Assembly (NCBI GenBank): GCA_963697335.1 | Contig: CAVONQ010000014.1 | Span: forward strand, 32,001-96,000 | DNA length: 64,000 nt | Origin: an uncultured cyanobacterium | GTDB lineage: Bacteria; Cyanobacteriota; Cyanobacteriia; PCC-6307; Cyanobiaceae | Reading direction: 5' to 3' | Shown here: positions 1 to 10,112 of the stretch, one piece after another | Numbering within the stretch: position 1 is the stretch's first letter | Layout of the letters: every line of letters starts with the position of its first letter | Program-made: the position numbers and the translations under genes | The notes under the pieces: generated by a model | Database searches by the model: none | Told to the model about the DNA's origin: nothing | What the model saw: only the letters and a program-made list of their open reading frames with translations

Positions 1-1364
1 ACCAACCCGAGCACCACAAGCAGCGCCGGGATCAGGCCCATGCACAGCCGGATGGCCACCAGGGCGCTGGCGGGCTGCTCCAGGTTGGGCAGGGCTTCCT
101 TGTAGCCACTGGCGGTGAGCAGGACGCCGAGCAGGGTGATCACCAGACTGATGCACACCTTCTGGGCTAGCACCATCCAGGCGCTGTACTGGCCGGCGGG
201 TTTTTCCGGATCCGCATCAATGGCATCGGGCAGCAGCGACCACGGGATCAGATAGGCCGTAGACGCGCCGATGCCGGCGACCACGATGGTGGCCAGCAGC
301 AGCGACAGTTTGATGGCATTGCCCGGCCAGGCAAAGGCCCCCAGGGTGCTGTCGAGGGGCTGGAGCAGCATCACCATCAGGCAGGCAGCGATCCACAGAC
401 CGCCTCCGTAGCGGAGGGCCGTGATGCGACCGCTGCGATGGGACACCGCAGTCCACAGCCACAGGCCGCCCAGCGAACTCACCAGGAAGGGCAGCAGGAT
501 CAGCTTGCTGATGCTTTCGGGCACTTCCATGACCACCGGCAGGAAGAACAGGGACACGGCCTGCATCAGCTGCAGAGAACACCAGAGGAGCAAATAGAGG
601 CCCAGCACCATGGCGAAGCGGCCGTTGCCCAACACCCGGCGCAGCAGCCGCCGCGTGGTTCCCTTGGACCGCTCCGGGCGCTGGCATTGCCGGGCGGCGG
701 GGATGAGCCCCCAGCCGCAGAGGAGAGCGGAGGCCGTGATGATCAGCCCCGCCACCAGGCCCACCGGCAGGTAGCTGCTGGCGTCACTGAGATTGCCCAC
801 CAGCACTCCCGCCAGCAGGGCCGCGGTCACCGTGGCCAGGATCGATCCGGTGAAGCGGGCAGTGTTGAGCCGGGTGCGCAGGGAGACATCGGTGCTGAGC
901 TCCGCCGCCAGAGCCGTGTAAGGCAGGTTGACGCAGGTGTAGAGGCTGTTGGCCACCACAGAGATCAACAGGAAGATCGCGAATTTGGTCCAAACGCTCT
1001 CCCAGGGGGGCAGCCACCACATGGCGGCCATGGCCGCCCCAAGCGGGGCGGCGCTCCAGAGGATCCAGGGCAACCGTGGCCCCCAGGGGCTGTCGGTCTT
1101 GTCGCTGAGCCAGCCCACGATGGGGTCGTTGATGGCATCCCAGAGGCGGCCCAGCCCGTAGGCCAGCCCGGCCAGCCAAGGGGGCAGGCCGGCGGCCACG
1201 TAGAACCGCAGCAGGTAGAAGCCGATCAGCGAGGCGGCCATGCCGGTGCCGGCATCGCCAAGGCCGTAGGCCCAGAGCAGGCGCTGGCGCGCCGGTCCGC
1301 GCAGATCTGCAGCATCCGTGAAGGGCGCCTGGGGGGCTGGCGCTTCGCTTGCGGTGGACGCCAA
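1..1364 (-). CDS. MFS transporter, GPH (MelB-like) family; runs off the window edge, start (TTG) uncertain
   Basis: Manual translation (absent from ORF track): LWAYGLGDAGTG...WDAINDPIVGWLSDKT..WGPRLPW...NLPYTALAAELS...RTRLNTARF, many TM helices. Confidence 0.88.
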   Translation of the reverse strand, partial: MASTASEAPAPQAPFTDAADLRGPARQRLLWAYGLGDAGTGMAASLIGFYLLRFYVAAGLPPWLAGLAYGLGRLWDAINDPIVGWLSDKTDSPWGPRLPWILWSAAPLGAAMAAMWWLPPWESVWTKFAIFLLISVVANSLYTCVNLPYTALAAELSTDVSLRTRLNTARFTGSILATVTAALLAGVLVGNLSDASSYLPVGLVAGLIITASALLCGWGLIPAARQCQRPERSKGTTRRLLRRVLGNGRFAMVLGLYLLLWCSLQLMQAVSLFFLPVVMEVPESISKLILLPFLVSSLGGLWLWTAVSHRSGRITALRYGGGLWIAACLMVMLLQPLDSTLGAFAWPGNAIKLSLLLATIVVAGIGASTAYLIPWSLLPDAIDADPEKPAGQYSAWMVLAQKVCISLVITLLGVLLTASGYKEALPNLEQPASALVAIRLCMGLIPALLVVLGL

Positions 1365-1444
1365 GGGCTGCAGGGGAGGAGATGCCGGACGCAGGCCATA
1401 ATGACGGAGCCCGTCAGGGGCATGGCCAGTACAGGCGTACTGAC

Positions 1445-1515
<71 letters not shown>

Positions 1516-1746
1516 TCCTGTTCTCAATCAGGGTTTTTCGGCCAGAAGTCCTTCCTGATGACCAATGAGGCCTAGGCGTTCACGGCTCAGCGGTGTAGCC
1601 CCTCAGTGCATGCGAGCACGTGCCCAAGTCCTGCCCGCCTTCTGGGAGGTGGGCGCCCTGGGACTCCAGCCAGACAGCAGTCCAAGACCTAATCTGCGAC
1701 CTTGTCGGCGACCTATGGTGAAACTCCTGTCCGGTCTGATCTGCTG

Positions 1747-2001
1747 ATGGCGCACCGCGTGCTGGCCGAGACGGCCGTGAGCATCTCGGAACTCAAGAAG
1801 AACCCTATGGCCACCGTGGCGGCTGGGGACGGCATGCCTGTGGCGGTGCTCAACCGCAACGAGCCGGCCTTCTATTGCGTGCCGGCCAAGGCCTACGAGC
1901 AGCTGATGGACCTGGTGGAGGACCTGGAACTGGGCCGCCTCGCCGACGCCCGGCTGGCGGACGGCCAGGAGCCGGTGCGGGTCAGCCTCGATGCCCTTTG
2001 A
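1747..2001 (+). CDS. Type II antitoxin, Phd/YefM (StbD/YafN-like)
   Basis: SISELKKNPM...PVAVLNRNEPAFYCVP; overlaps RelE-like gene. Confidence 0.9.
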   Translation: MAHRVLAETAVSISELKKNPMATVAAGDGMPVAVLNRNEPAFYCVPAKAYEQLMDLVEDLELGRLADARLADGQEPVRVSLDAL

Positions 2002-2272
2002 TCTGGCCTTTCATCCTGAGGCCCTGCGGGAATGGCGGACGTTGACCGAAGGGATTCGGGAACAGTTCAAGAAGAAGCTGGCCGAACGGCTGAACGAACC
2101 GCGCATTCCTGCCAGCAAGCTGCAGGGGTCCATCAATCGCTACAGGATCAAGCTCCGCGCTGCCGGCTTCCGGCTGGTCTACGAGGTGCGGGATCACGAG
2201 CTGCTGGTGCTTGTCGTGGCGGTGGGCAAGCGTGAGCGCAATGCTGTCTATCGCCAGGCCGACCAGCGCTGA
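1991..2272 (+). CDS. Type II toxin, RelE/StbE family
   Basis: EALREW...QFKKKLAERL...YRIKLRAAGFRLVYEV...VVAVGKRE. Confidence 0.92.
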   Translation: MPFDLAFHPEALREWRTLTEGIREQFKKKLAERLNEPRIPASKLQGSINRYRIKLRAAGFRLVYEVRDHELLVLVVAVGKRERNAVYRQADQR

Positions 2273-2284
2273 GGTCCTCACCCC

Positions 2285-4649
2285 ATGGCCGACTCCAGGC
2301 CCTCTGAGCTGGATCAACTCCGCCGGGAAAACGCCCGACTGATGGCCCTGCTGGAGGCCCATGGCATCGCCTGGCGCTCCAGCGGACCTGCCCCAGCTGA
2401 ACCCGCGCCCGTCTCAGTCCAGTCCCCTGCCAAGGGTCCTGTTTCGCCGCAAGAGAAGGTGGCGCTGTTCCGGCATCTCTTTCGAGGCCGTGATGACGTC
2501 TATGCCCTGCGCTGGCAGAGCCGCAGCAGCGGGCGCTCGGGGTATGCACCGTCCTGCGCCAATGAATGGCAACCCGGCGTCTGCGAGAAGCCCAGGATCA
2601 GCTGCCGCGACTGCCATCACCGGAAGCTGTTGCCCCTCACCGATGCGGCGATCTACGGCCATCTGGCCGGCGAACACACCCTCGGCCTCTACCCCCTGCT
2701 GGAGAACGACACCTGTCATCTGTTGGCGGTGGATTTCGATGAGCAGGACTGGCGCGACGACGCAAGGGCCTTTCTGCGCTCCTGCCTGGAGCTGGCGGTG
2801 CCGGCCGCACTGGAGATCTCCCGTTCCGGGGAGGGCGCCCATGTGTGGGTGTTCTTCGAGGAGGCGGTACCGGCCCGAGAGGCCCGCCAGCTCGGGGCAG
2901 CCCTGATCAGTCACACCTGCGCCGCGTCACGTCAATTGCAGCTGAGCTCCTACGACCGGCTCTTCCCCAATCAGGACAGCATGCCCAAGGGGGGCTTCGG
3001 CAACCTGATCGCCCTGCCGCTGCAGAAGGAAGCCCGGCAGCGGGGTTGCAGCGTGTTCGTGGATGACGACCTGAAGCCCTATCCCGATCAGTGGGCCTAT
3101 CTGGCAACCCTGCAGAGGTTGTCGGTGGCGGGGCTGCAGACCTTGATCCAGAGCGCCACGGGCGGTGCCCATCCTCTCGATCTGGCGTTCATCGACGAGG
3201 AGGACCTGGCGACCCCATGGAAGGCAGCGGGCCGCTACCGCGCTCAGGGGACCGCTGCCCACCTCCCTCACGCTCACCCTGGCTGATCGGCTCTATGTGG
3301 AGCGCTCGGGCCTGCCGCAGCCACTGCTCAATCGCCTGATCCGCCTCGCCGCCTTCGCCAACCCTGCCTTCTACAAGGCCCAGGCGATGCGCCTGTCGGT
3401 GTGGGACAAACCGCGGGTGATCGGCTGCGCCGAGAACTTCCCCCAGCACATCGCCCTGCCGCGGGGCTGCCTCGAACCCGTGCAGACCCTGCTGCAGGAG
3501 CTGGGGATCAACTGGGAGCTGGTGGATGAACGCCAGAACGGCTCACCGATGGAGATGGCGTTCACGGGCCAGCTGCGCGCTGACCAGGAGGCCGCCGTCG
3601 AAGCGATGCTGCGCCATGACATCGGAGTGCTGCAGGCACCGACGGCCTTCGGGAAAACGGTGGTGGCAGCAGCGATCCTGGCGCGCCGCGGGGTCAACAC
3701 CCTGGTGCTGGTGCATCGGGCTGAGCTGCTGCGCCAATGGCAGGAGCGGCTGCAAGCCTGCCTGGATGTCGCTCCTGAGGCGATCGGTTGCATCGGTGGT
3801 GGCAAAGCCAAGCCCACCGGCCAGCTCGACATCGCTGTGATGCAGTCTCTGGTGCGAAAGGGGGAGGTGAACCCCGTGGTGCAGGGCTACGGACAGGTGA
3901 TCGTCGACGAGTGCCACCACATCGCCGCCGCCTCCTTTGAAACGATCCTCAGGCAGGTGAAGGCCCGTCACGTGCTGGGGCTGTCGGCCACCCTGGTGCG
4001 CCGCGACGGTCTGCAGCCGATCCTGTTCATGCAGTGCGGCCCCATTCGCCACACCGCCCAGCGACCTGCCGGGGCGCCCCAGACCCTGGAACTGGTGAGC
4101 CGCACCCATCAGCTCCCAGCACTACCCGCCGATCTGCCGATCCAGGAGCTGATGCGCCGGCTGGCGGAAGACCAACACCGAACCGATCAGATTGTGGCGG
4201 CGGCGCTGACTTGCTGGGGTGATGGTCGCAAGCTGCTGCTGCTGAGCGAGCGCACGGACCACATCACAGCGATCGACGCTGCGCTGGCTGAGCAGGTGCC
4301 GAATCTGTTTCTGCTGCATGGCCGGCTGAGCGCACGCCAGCGCAGCGCCACCCTGGCTGCGCTGGAGGCGTTGCCGCCGGAGGCGCCTCGCATCGTGCTC
4401 GCCACTGGGCGGCTGGTGGGTGAAGGCTTTGATCACCCGCCGCTCGACACCCTGCTGCTGGCGATGCCCGTGTCCTGGAAGGGCACCCTGCAGCAGTACG
4501 CCGGCCGTTTGCACCGGCAGCAAGCAGGTAAAACCAGCGTGCGCATCATCGACTGGCTCGACCTCGGCCATCCTGTGCCGCAACGCATGTGGGAGCGGCG
4601 GCTGCGGGGCTATCGGGCGATGGGGTATTCGCTGATTTCAGATCAGTAA
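2285..4649 (+). pseudogene. AEP-type primase domain (TOTE-like) fused to SF2 DEAD/DEAH helicase, split by a frameshift near 3224 (or sequencing error)
   Basis: ORF 2285-3286: LAVDFD, SRSGEGAHVW, GNLIALPLQ; ORF 3165-4649: APTAFGKT, DECHH, SAT, GEGFD, QYAGRLHR; frames join after TPWK. Confidence 0.75.
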
Positions 4650-4737
4650 CCCGGGCCGAGCTCCTGGGCCTGGCTGGGTTCCGACAGCTTGGCGTTCTGG
4701 TTGTGGTCATCGGCAAACGGGACCCAACGATCAAGCT

Positions 4738-6078
4738 TCACGCGTTGATCAGTTTCCAGAACCCCCACTTCGCCCCAAAGCTGTCATAGAGGCGCTCAAC
4801 ATAGGTGGCATGGTCAGGATGGCCCTGCCAGTCATCGATGCGGGCCGCCAGCAGTTCGCAGGTTCGGAGGTGCTCGGCTGCATAGCGGTAGCGCTTGGAG
4901 CGGCCCATCCACAGCGCGAAGAACACCATCGGCCGTAGCAGCAGCGTGGCCGCCAGGGGATGGTCGGCACTGAGGCGCTCGGCAGCGGCGCTGTGAATGG
5001 CGTAGGCATCGCCCTCCCACTCGTCCTCATGGGCCAGCACATGGCGGGCGGCACGGGGGAGGGCTGGCCATTCCACCAGGAAGTGCAAGCCCAGCAGGCT
5101 CACGGGATGCTTTTCGGCCACCTCCAGGGCCCGCTCTTCCGCTTCCACATCCTCAAAGGCTTCAAGGCGCTTGAGGTAATCGCGCAGGTGCGGGATCGAG
5201 AGCGTCCTGCTGAACCACTGCCAGCGCATCTCTTGGGCTTCCGCCTGCCGGCTCAGGGCCTCGAGCACGGCGATGCGGCTGTCGTGCCACTGCGAATCCT
5301 GAAGACCGGCGGCGTCTTCTGTGGCTCCATCGAGGATCTCCAGGGCCTGCTCAGGCCGCCCGGACGTCAGCAGGAGTTGGGCCACGCCTGCGGCGATGTC
5401 GCGCCAGCGCAGATCCTCGGCATCGAACTGGGCCAGGTAGCCCTCCACATCCCCCCGGGCCACAGCGATCTGGAGAAGCTGGGTGTCGCCGTCGCGAGCG
5501 CCGTGCTGGCGGCAGTAGCTGCCCAGCAGCTTCAGGCCCCAGTCGCCCAGGGCGTCTTTCAGCGCTGGCACCAGCGCATCGAACTGCTCATAGGTGTTCT
5601 CGGCCAGCAGCTCGGCGGCCTGCTGCGCCAGGGTTTCTGGGTCCAGCTGGGCCGCCTGGGCCAGCAGTCCCAGCTGCCCAGCGGCCCGCTCGAACACGCC
5701 GATCACCGCGCCGGTGCTGTCTGAGCTGCGCTCCAGCACACCCTCGGAGAGTTCAAGGAACCGCAGCAGGAGATCGCAGGCCTGCTTTGGGTCGCCGGCC
5801 GCGATCGGGCCTGTGATCGCCTGGAGCTGGGCTTCCAGATCACTCACCAGCGCCTTGCGTCTGGCCGAATCCACAAAGGTGCTGGCCCGATCGATCGCAG
5901 TCAGACGTTTGCGCACCTCCTGAGCGGCACCGTCGATCCCCTCGGCAGTGGCCAGGGCAAGGCGCAGTCGCCGCTGGATCACGGCGTTGCCACCGCTCAC
6001 CTCGATCAGCAGTTCCGCCAGCGCTGCAGCCCCCAGGGCTTCCAGGTTCCTGGCGTTGAGGGTGCGCTTGCTGGCCAT
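4738..6078 (-). CDS. Conserved helical hypothetical protein (DUF6880-like)
   Basis: 446 aa; MASKRTLNARNLEALGA.. start and RSKRYRYAA..L motif resemble this family. Confidence 0.7.
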   Translation of the reverse strand: MASKRTLNARNLEALGAAALAELLIEVSGGNAVIQRRLRLALATAEGIDGAAQEVRKRLTAIDRASTFVDSARRKALVSDLEAQLQAITGPIAAGDPKQACDLLLRFLELSEGVLERSSDSTGAVIGVFERAAGQLGLLAQAAQLDPETLAQQAAELLAENTYEQFDALVPALKDALGDWGLKLLGSYCRQHGARDGDTQLLQIAVARGDVEGYLAQFDAEDLRWRDIAAGVAQLLLTSGRPEQALEILDGATEDAAGLQDSQWHDSRIAVLEALSRQAEAQEMRWQWFSRTLSIPHLRDYLKRLEAFEDVEAEERALEVAEKHPVSLLGLHFLVEWPALPRAARHVLAHEDEWEGDAYAIHSAAAERLSADHPLAATLLLRPMVFFALWMGRSKRYRYAAEHLRTCELLAARIDDWQGHPDHATYVERLYDSFGAKWGFWKLINA

Positions 6079-6232
6079 GGGCTACGTCAGGGCAGGTTTC
6101 AGACACCAGGGCCATGGCAGCCTGCTGCAGCTCAACGCCGCCCTGCAGCAGTCGATCAAACAGCTCGACCGCCGCCTGGCGTGCCTGCGGGCTCAGCAGG
6201 GCGATCAGCACGCTGGTGTTGAGGGAGATCAT
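6079..6232 (-). pseudogene. Truncated PIN/VapC toxin remnant
   Basis: MISLNTSVLIALL resembles the PIN start (xxDTSV with D->N); about 50 codons only; follows AbrB-like gene. Confidence 0.55.
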
Positions 6233-6245
6233 TGACGGCCCTCCA

Positions 6246-6495
6246 TCACCAGCGCTCACTGATGCGGCAGGCCTCGATCACCGCTGGGGTGAGGGGGAGG
6301 GTGGTCTGCAACTGGCGCAGATCGGCCACAAGAGCGAAGCGATCCAACCGCTGCACAGGCTCCAGGCTCAGTCGGCCGTCGGGTCCAACGACAATCTCGA
6401 TCTGATCGCCCTCCCTCAGGCCGGCCTGACGCAGGCATTCGGCTGGCAGCCGCACCGCCAGGCTCTTGGCCCAGCGGCGGATCACCTGCTGGAAG
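6246..6495 (-). pseudogene. AbrB/MazE-type antitoxin, start codon unclear or degraded
   Basis: QQVIRRWAKSLAVRLPAECLRQAGLREGDQIEI matches the AbrB/MazE pattern (WGNSLAVRLP). Confidence 0.7.
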
Positions 6496-6822
6496 CGCCG
6501 GCCGGCATCAACACAATGGTGACCCGGCTGGGACTGCGCCAAAGAAGCCAGCTCGGCCGCGGCCGGCCTGTTGTAGATGACACTATTTTACATTGGCAGG
6601 TGGTGGCTTCCATCTTCTCAAGGTGCCACTGCAGCGGCCCCCGTCCCGGGTAGAGCACCAGCGGGCCACCGGTCGGTCACAGCAGCCGGCAGCTGGCGAG
6701 GTTGATCGCCTACGCCAGGCCTTACATGAATGGGGAAATCTGCCAGGCCTGCGCCGTGCGCGTAGTGGGGATCCTGAGGGGCCGACACACACGCTGGCGT
6801 GAACCAGCACCTTATTTTCCGA

Positions 6823-7374
6823 CTACATGTCTTCTGGAAATGCGCGGAAATAGTCGGCGCGCAGCTCATCGTGATAACCCCAGCCAATAGGGACCGAAGA
6901 CCTCATAATGGCTTCCAGTCTCACTTTGAACGCGTCCCGGCTTGCGTCGGGCAAGCTGCAAACCTTTTCGATGGCGCGATGATACATCAGGTTAAGGGCA
7001 GCATAAAATCCTTGATCGATATCGCCGTAGTCGATCGTCAAAGCGTTTCCTTGCTCCACGAAAAAAGTCATCAGCTCCGCCTCTCCCCATGCATCGCCGA
7101 CGGCCTTGCTGTAGTCAGCGATGGCTTTTTTGGCTTTTGCAATCTGAATGGGCTTGTTCTTTTGGACATCCGGGTACATGCATTCGTTGATGATTTTCTT
7201 GTAGAACTCCAGCGGGTTCTCAACGACCGCCAGCCGGGCATGCAGAAAGGCCTGATTCTCCTTCGAGAGACGATAAAGGTCTGCAACCAAGTTGACCAGT
7301 TGAGGCGCATCCAGCTTCATGGCCTTTGCCTTGACGTCTGACCAGGATGCCCCAGCTTTGTTCCCTTTCCTCAT
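6823..7374 (-). CDS. Hypothetical protein, probable integron cassette ORF
   Basis: 183 aa, lower GC, starts 26 nt after the GTTAGTA core of an attC-like site. Confidence 0.8.
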   Translation of the reverse strand: MRKGNKAGASWSDVKAKAMKLDAPQLVNLVADLYRLSKENQAFLHARLAVVENPLEFYKKIINECMYPDVQKNKPIQIAKAKKAIADYSKAVGDAWGEAELMTFFVEQGNALTIDYGDIDQGFYAALNLMYHRAIEKVCSLPDASRDAFKVRLEAIMRSSVPIGWGYHDELRADYFRAFPEDM

Positions 7375-7400
7375 GGGCTATGCCTTTCTTTCCTGCCTAT

Positions 7401-7525
7401 TACTAACGTTTGAGCTAAGCGGGGACGACGCCAGGACGCCAGGCCCGCGCGGTGCAGCATGTACCCCGGCCCCGCGCAGGCCTGGGGACCTACCGTTGGC
7501 GCTCCGCTTGAGCGAGGGGCCAGGC
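7401..7525 (-). mobile_element. attC-like site (about 125 bp) with degenerate R'' box
   Basis: Minus strand: GCCTGGC-CCCTCGCTCAAGCGG...CCAGGCCTGCGCG...CGCGCGGGCCTGG...CCGCTTAGCTCAAAC-GTTAGTA; imperfect palindrome, GCTCAAGCGG/CCGCTTAGC pair with one extra base. Confidence 0.8.
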
Positions 7526-7611
7526 CTCACCTTTAGCGTCCGTGTCGCGGTGCGGTGTGAGCTTAGTAGCATAAGTAAACATAGAATCAAATTTTTCTGT
7601 AGATCGTCACG

Positions 7612-8304
7612 ATGGTGAGAACTGTGAGAAAGCTGTTCGCTTGCCTTAATGGCGCACTTGCTCTCGTGACATGGTTCTTTCACGAGGCCATCAGGTCTTG
7701 GTTTTTCGATAAAGTGGTTCAGCAAATGAACTCCGTCGAAGCGGACTTGATTCAGTACGGCCCCCCGGTAATCTTTGCGGCGATCTGTATTTGGCTGCTC
7801 GTCGTGCCACGCCAGACGAGACATCCGGCTAAGGGTGCTGGGATCGATCGTCCGGTGGGGGAGAAGCCAGCGCTGAAGCCAACGATGTCTGGAGGAAGCA
7901 TATTTGAACCTGGCGCGCCAGACATGGCCAAGAGCCATACTGGAATTGCGATAAATGCGAAAGTCTGGAACGTTGGGGGTGCGTCCGTGGCGACGAGTTG
8001 GGCCTTGAAGGTCATCATTCCCGGTCGCCTTCCTGTGTCGGGCCAGTTGACTCAAATACCCGACTTTCTAAGTCTTAGCGGTGCCATCAATAGTGTAGTT
8101 ATTCGGGGTGACGACGCGCTTGACAGGAAGGTCGCAACGGAAGTCATTGGTGGCACGCCGATTGAAGGGACTCTGCTGTTCTACGTTCCGTTGCCGCGAA
8201 GTGCAGTGATGACGCCCGACACTGTTCTTAAACTATCGTTCAAAGACATTCTTGAGGTCCAGACAGTGAAGGCGCAGCGTCTTGGCGATTGGAAGCATCG
8301 CTAG
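7612..8304 (+). CDS. Hypothetical membrane-anchored protein (two N-terminal TM segments), inverted relative to the cassette array
   Basis: 230 aa ORF, lower GC, between attC-like and attI-like sites. Confidence 0.65.
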   Translation: MVRTVRKLFACLNGALALVTWFFHEAIRSWFFDKVVQQMNSVEADLIQYGPPVIFAAICIWLLVVPRQTRHPAKGAGIDRPVGEKPALKPTMSGGSIFEPGAPDMAKSHTGIAINAKVWNVGGASVATSWALKVIIPGRLPVSGQLTQIPDFLSLSGAINSVVIRGDDALDRKVATEVIGGTPIEGTLLFYVPLPRSAVMTPDTVLKLSFKDILEVQTVKAQRLGDWKHR

Positions 8305-8349
8305 CGAAGGCGTTCGGATTGGGTGCGTGATTGGACGTAGAGATGCGAG

Positions 8350-8492
8350 GTCTAACTTATTCTTCGGCGGTTTCCGTGCACCACTCCCAAAGTCAAATCT
8401 CTTTCCGATAACCAACCGTAGATCATGGACTGCGTGGGTGTGAACGGTTGTGATTGCAGTGGTTTTCAGCTGATTCCCTCAAACCGTAGGAC
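8350..8492 (-). mobile_element. Putative attI-like site
   Basis: Minus strand CTACGG...CTACGG...CACGGAAACCGCCGAAGAATAA-GTTAGAC; same end layout as 45604-45630. Confidence 0.45.
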
Positions 8493-9107
8493 GTGTTCGC
8501 GGGACTGAGAACCACTCGGAACCAGATCCCTACGCCTTGCCGCCTTCGTGCTGGAGACCAGCGGCCCTGGTCGATGCGCGACACCGGCAATAGCCAGCAG
8601 CGGCTGATGCGCTTGCCCCAGCTCTCCCCGGATCCACTCCCCTGGCCGCTCCACCCCACCCTGGCAGTTCCTGACAGCCACCCTCGATGCCCAGGAACCC
8701 GGAGAGCCAAGCATGACCCTCACCATCGAGACCCTGGTGGCCGACCCCCAGGCGCCATTGGGCTGGCGCAAGCGGCGTCTGGATCAGCGCGATTACCGTG
8801 GGCTCAGCCAACTCCCCGCTTGCTGGTACGCCAGCCATGGCGCAGCCTTCGGCGAGGGTGAACTGCCGCACCTGGTCCTAGCGACTAGCAGGAGCTGCTC
8901 TACCAGCCGTCGTTGCCGGTAAGTGTGCGCACCCGCGTGACCGAAGCCCTGGGCAGCAGCCCATCCAATGAACCGGTGGTGCTGGGTCCCAATACCGTGA
9001 TCGACTTGCCGGAGGGAGCCAGCCTCCAGTTCGTGGAGATCCAGGCCCGCTCGTTGGCCGAGCACCGTGCTTGGCTGGAGTCGCTCGGCGACGACGTAGC
9101 GGCGTGC

Positions 9108-9349
9108 TCAGCCGATCGGAACGCGGCAGAAAGGTTCACGCCGGAAGCGCCGGTAGACATCGAAATCGCTATCCAGGCTGAGGGTCTCGGCGACATCCAG
9201 CCGCTCCGAGAGCGTCACCAGGGTGAGATCGGTGAGGTGATCAATTGCGCGGCGGTCTGATCAAAGAAAGCCACGACCGCCTGATGGAAGGGCTCCTGCT
9301 GCTGGTAGTAGCTGAGCAGGATGCCCGAATCAATCAGGATCCGCCGCAT
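9108..9349 (-). pseudogene. PIN/VapC toxin with internal deletion and frameshift
   Basis: MRRILIDSGILLSYY...LITSPI, then another frame DLTLVTLSERLDVAETLSLDSDFDVYRR; middle of domain missing. Confidence 0.75.
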
Positions 9350-9507
9350 CAGCGCCGTTCCGCCTGTCGTGCAGTCAGTTTCTGGCCAAGCAACCGGCGC
9401 CGCTGCCAGCTCTCGCGGATCAGCGAACTCCTGTCCTGGCCGGTTGCGGCCAGGAGCTCCTTGAGGCAGTGCTCTGTTTCGGCATTCAGCCTGACCGTGA
9501 GCGGCAT
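9349..9507 (-). CDS. Short RHH/CopG-like antitoxin, possibly partly deleted
   Basis: MPLTVRLNAETEHCLKELLAATGQDRSSLIRE; stop overlaps VapC start. Confidence 0.6.
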   Translation of the reverse strand: MPLTVRLNAETEHCLKELLAATGQDRSSLIRESWQRRRLLGQKLTARQAERR

Positions 9508-9726
9508 GGCCCGCAGGGGCTTACGCCCGTATGACCGATGAAGCGACTGCAGTACCGATCTTTGAATCAGGGGCCTCGACCCGCACGGTGTAGATCCACA
9601 TTCCGGCAACCGGCCCTGGCCCTTGGGCTTCTGCGAAGGCGACGCCTTCTCGCAGAGAAGCAATAGGGCGCTCGACGCGGGGCGCCCTTTCTATTGGGGC
9701 CGTGTCCAGCACCCGAAGACACACAA

Positions 9727-9757
9727 CAAAGCCCGGCGACGAGGCCACCGGGCTTTG
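9727..9757. terminator. Terminator-like hairpin
   Basis: CAAAGCCCGG-N11-CCGGGCTTTG; T-rich tail on minus strand. Confidence 0.55.
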
Positions 9758-10112
9758 ATCATGGTGTGGTGGGCGGAGCTGCTGACGCTGGCACCTGGGG
9801 CCAGGGTTCCAGTGGGGCTTCCCGATGGGTCCGGGGCACCTGGGGCGGTGCAATGGACGGCGACGGCGTCACACGCCAGGGAAACCAGTGATCCGTTGAG
9901 AGTGTTGGAGCAGGGGCCGGATCGTCAGCGCACTCCTGGCGCCTGCTCAGGTGGGGTGTCTTCCATGCTCTGGAGCCTCCCGGTGTCGATGAACTCACAA
10001 TCGGTCGGCCAGCCGTCTGGGGCAATAGGGCTTTATGCCTGTCTCAGCCAGCTCCGGGTTGATGCCAGGCGGGCCCAGCTCCCAGAGCTGCCTAGCTGGC
10101 CAGGGTGCCTGC

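Noticed and set aside
6600..6820. Further attC downstream of 6823-7374
   Set aside because: Some inverted AGGCCTGGC/GCCAGGCCT sequence but no recognisable R''/R' pair.
8493..9100. Possible integrase next to the attI-like site
   Set aside because: Only short fragmentary ORFs; no tyrosine-recombinase motifs seen.
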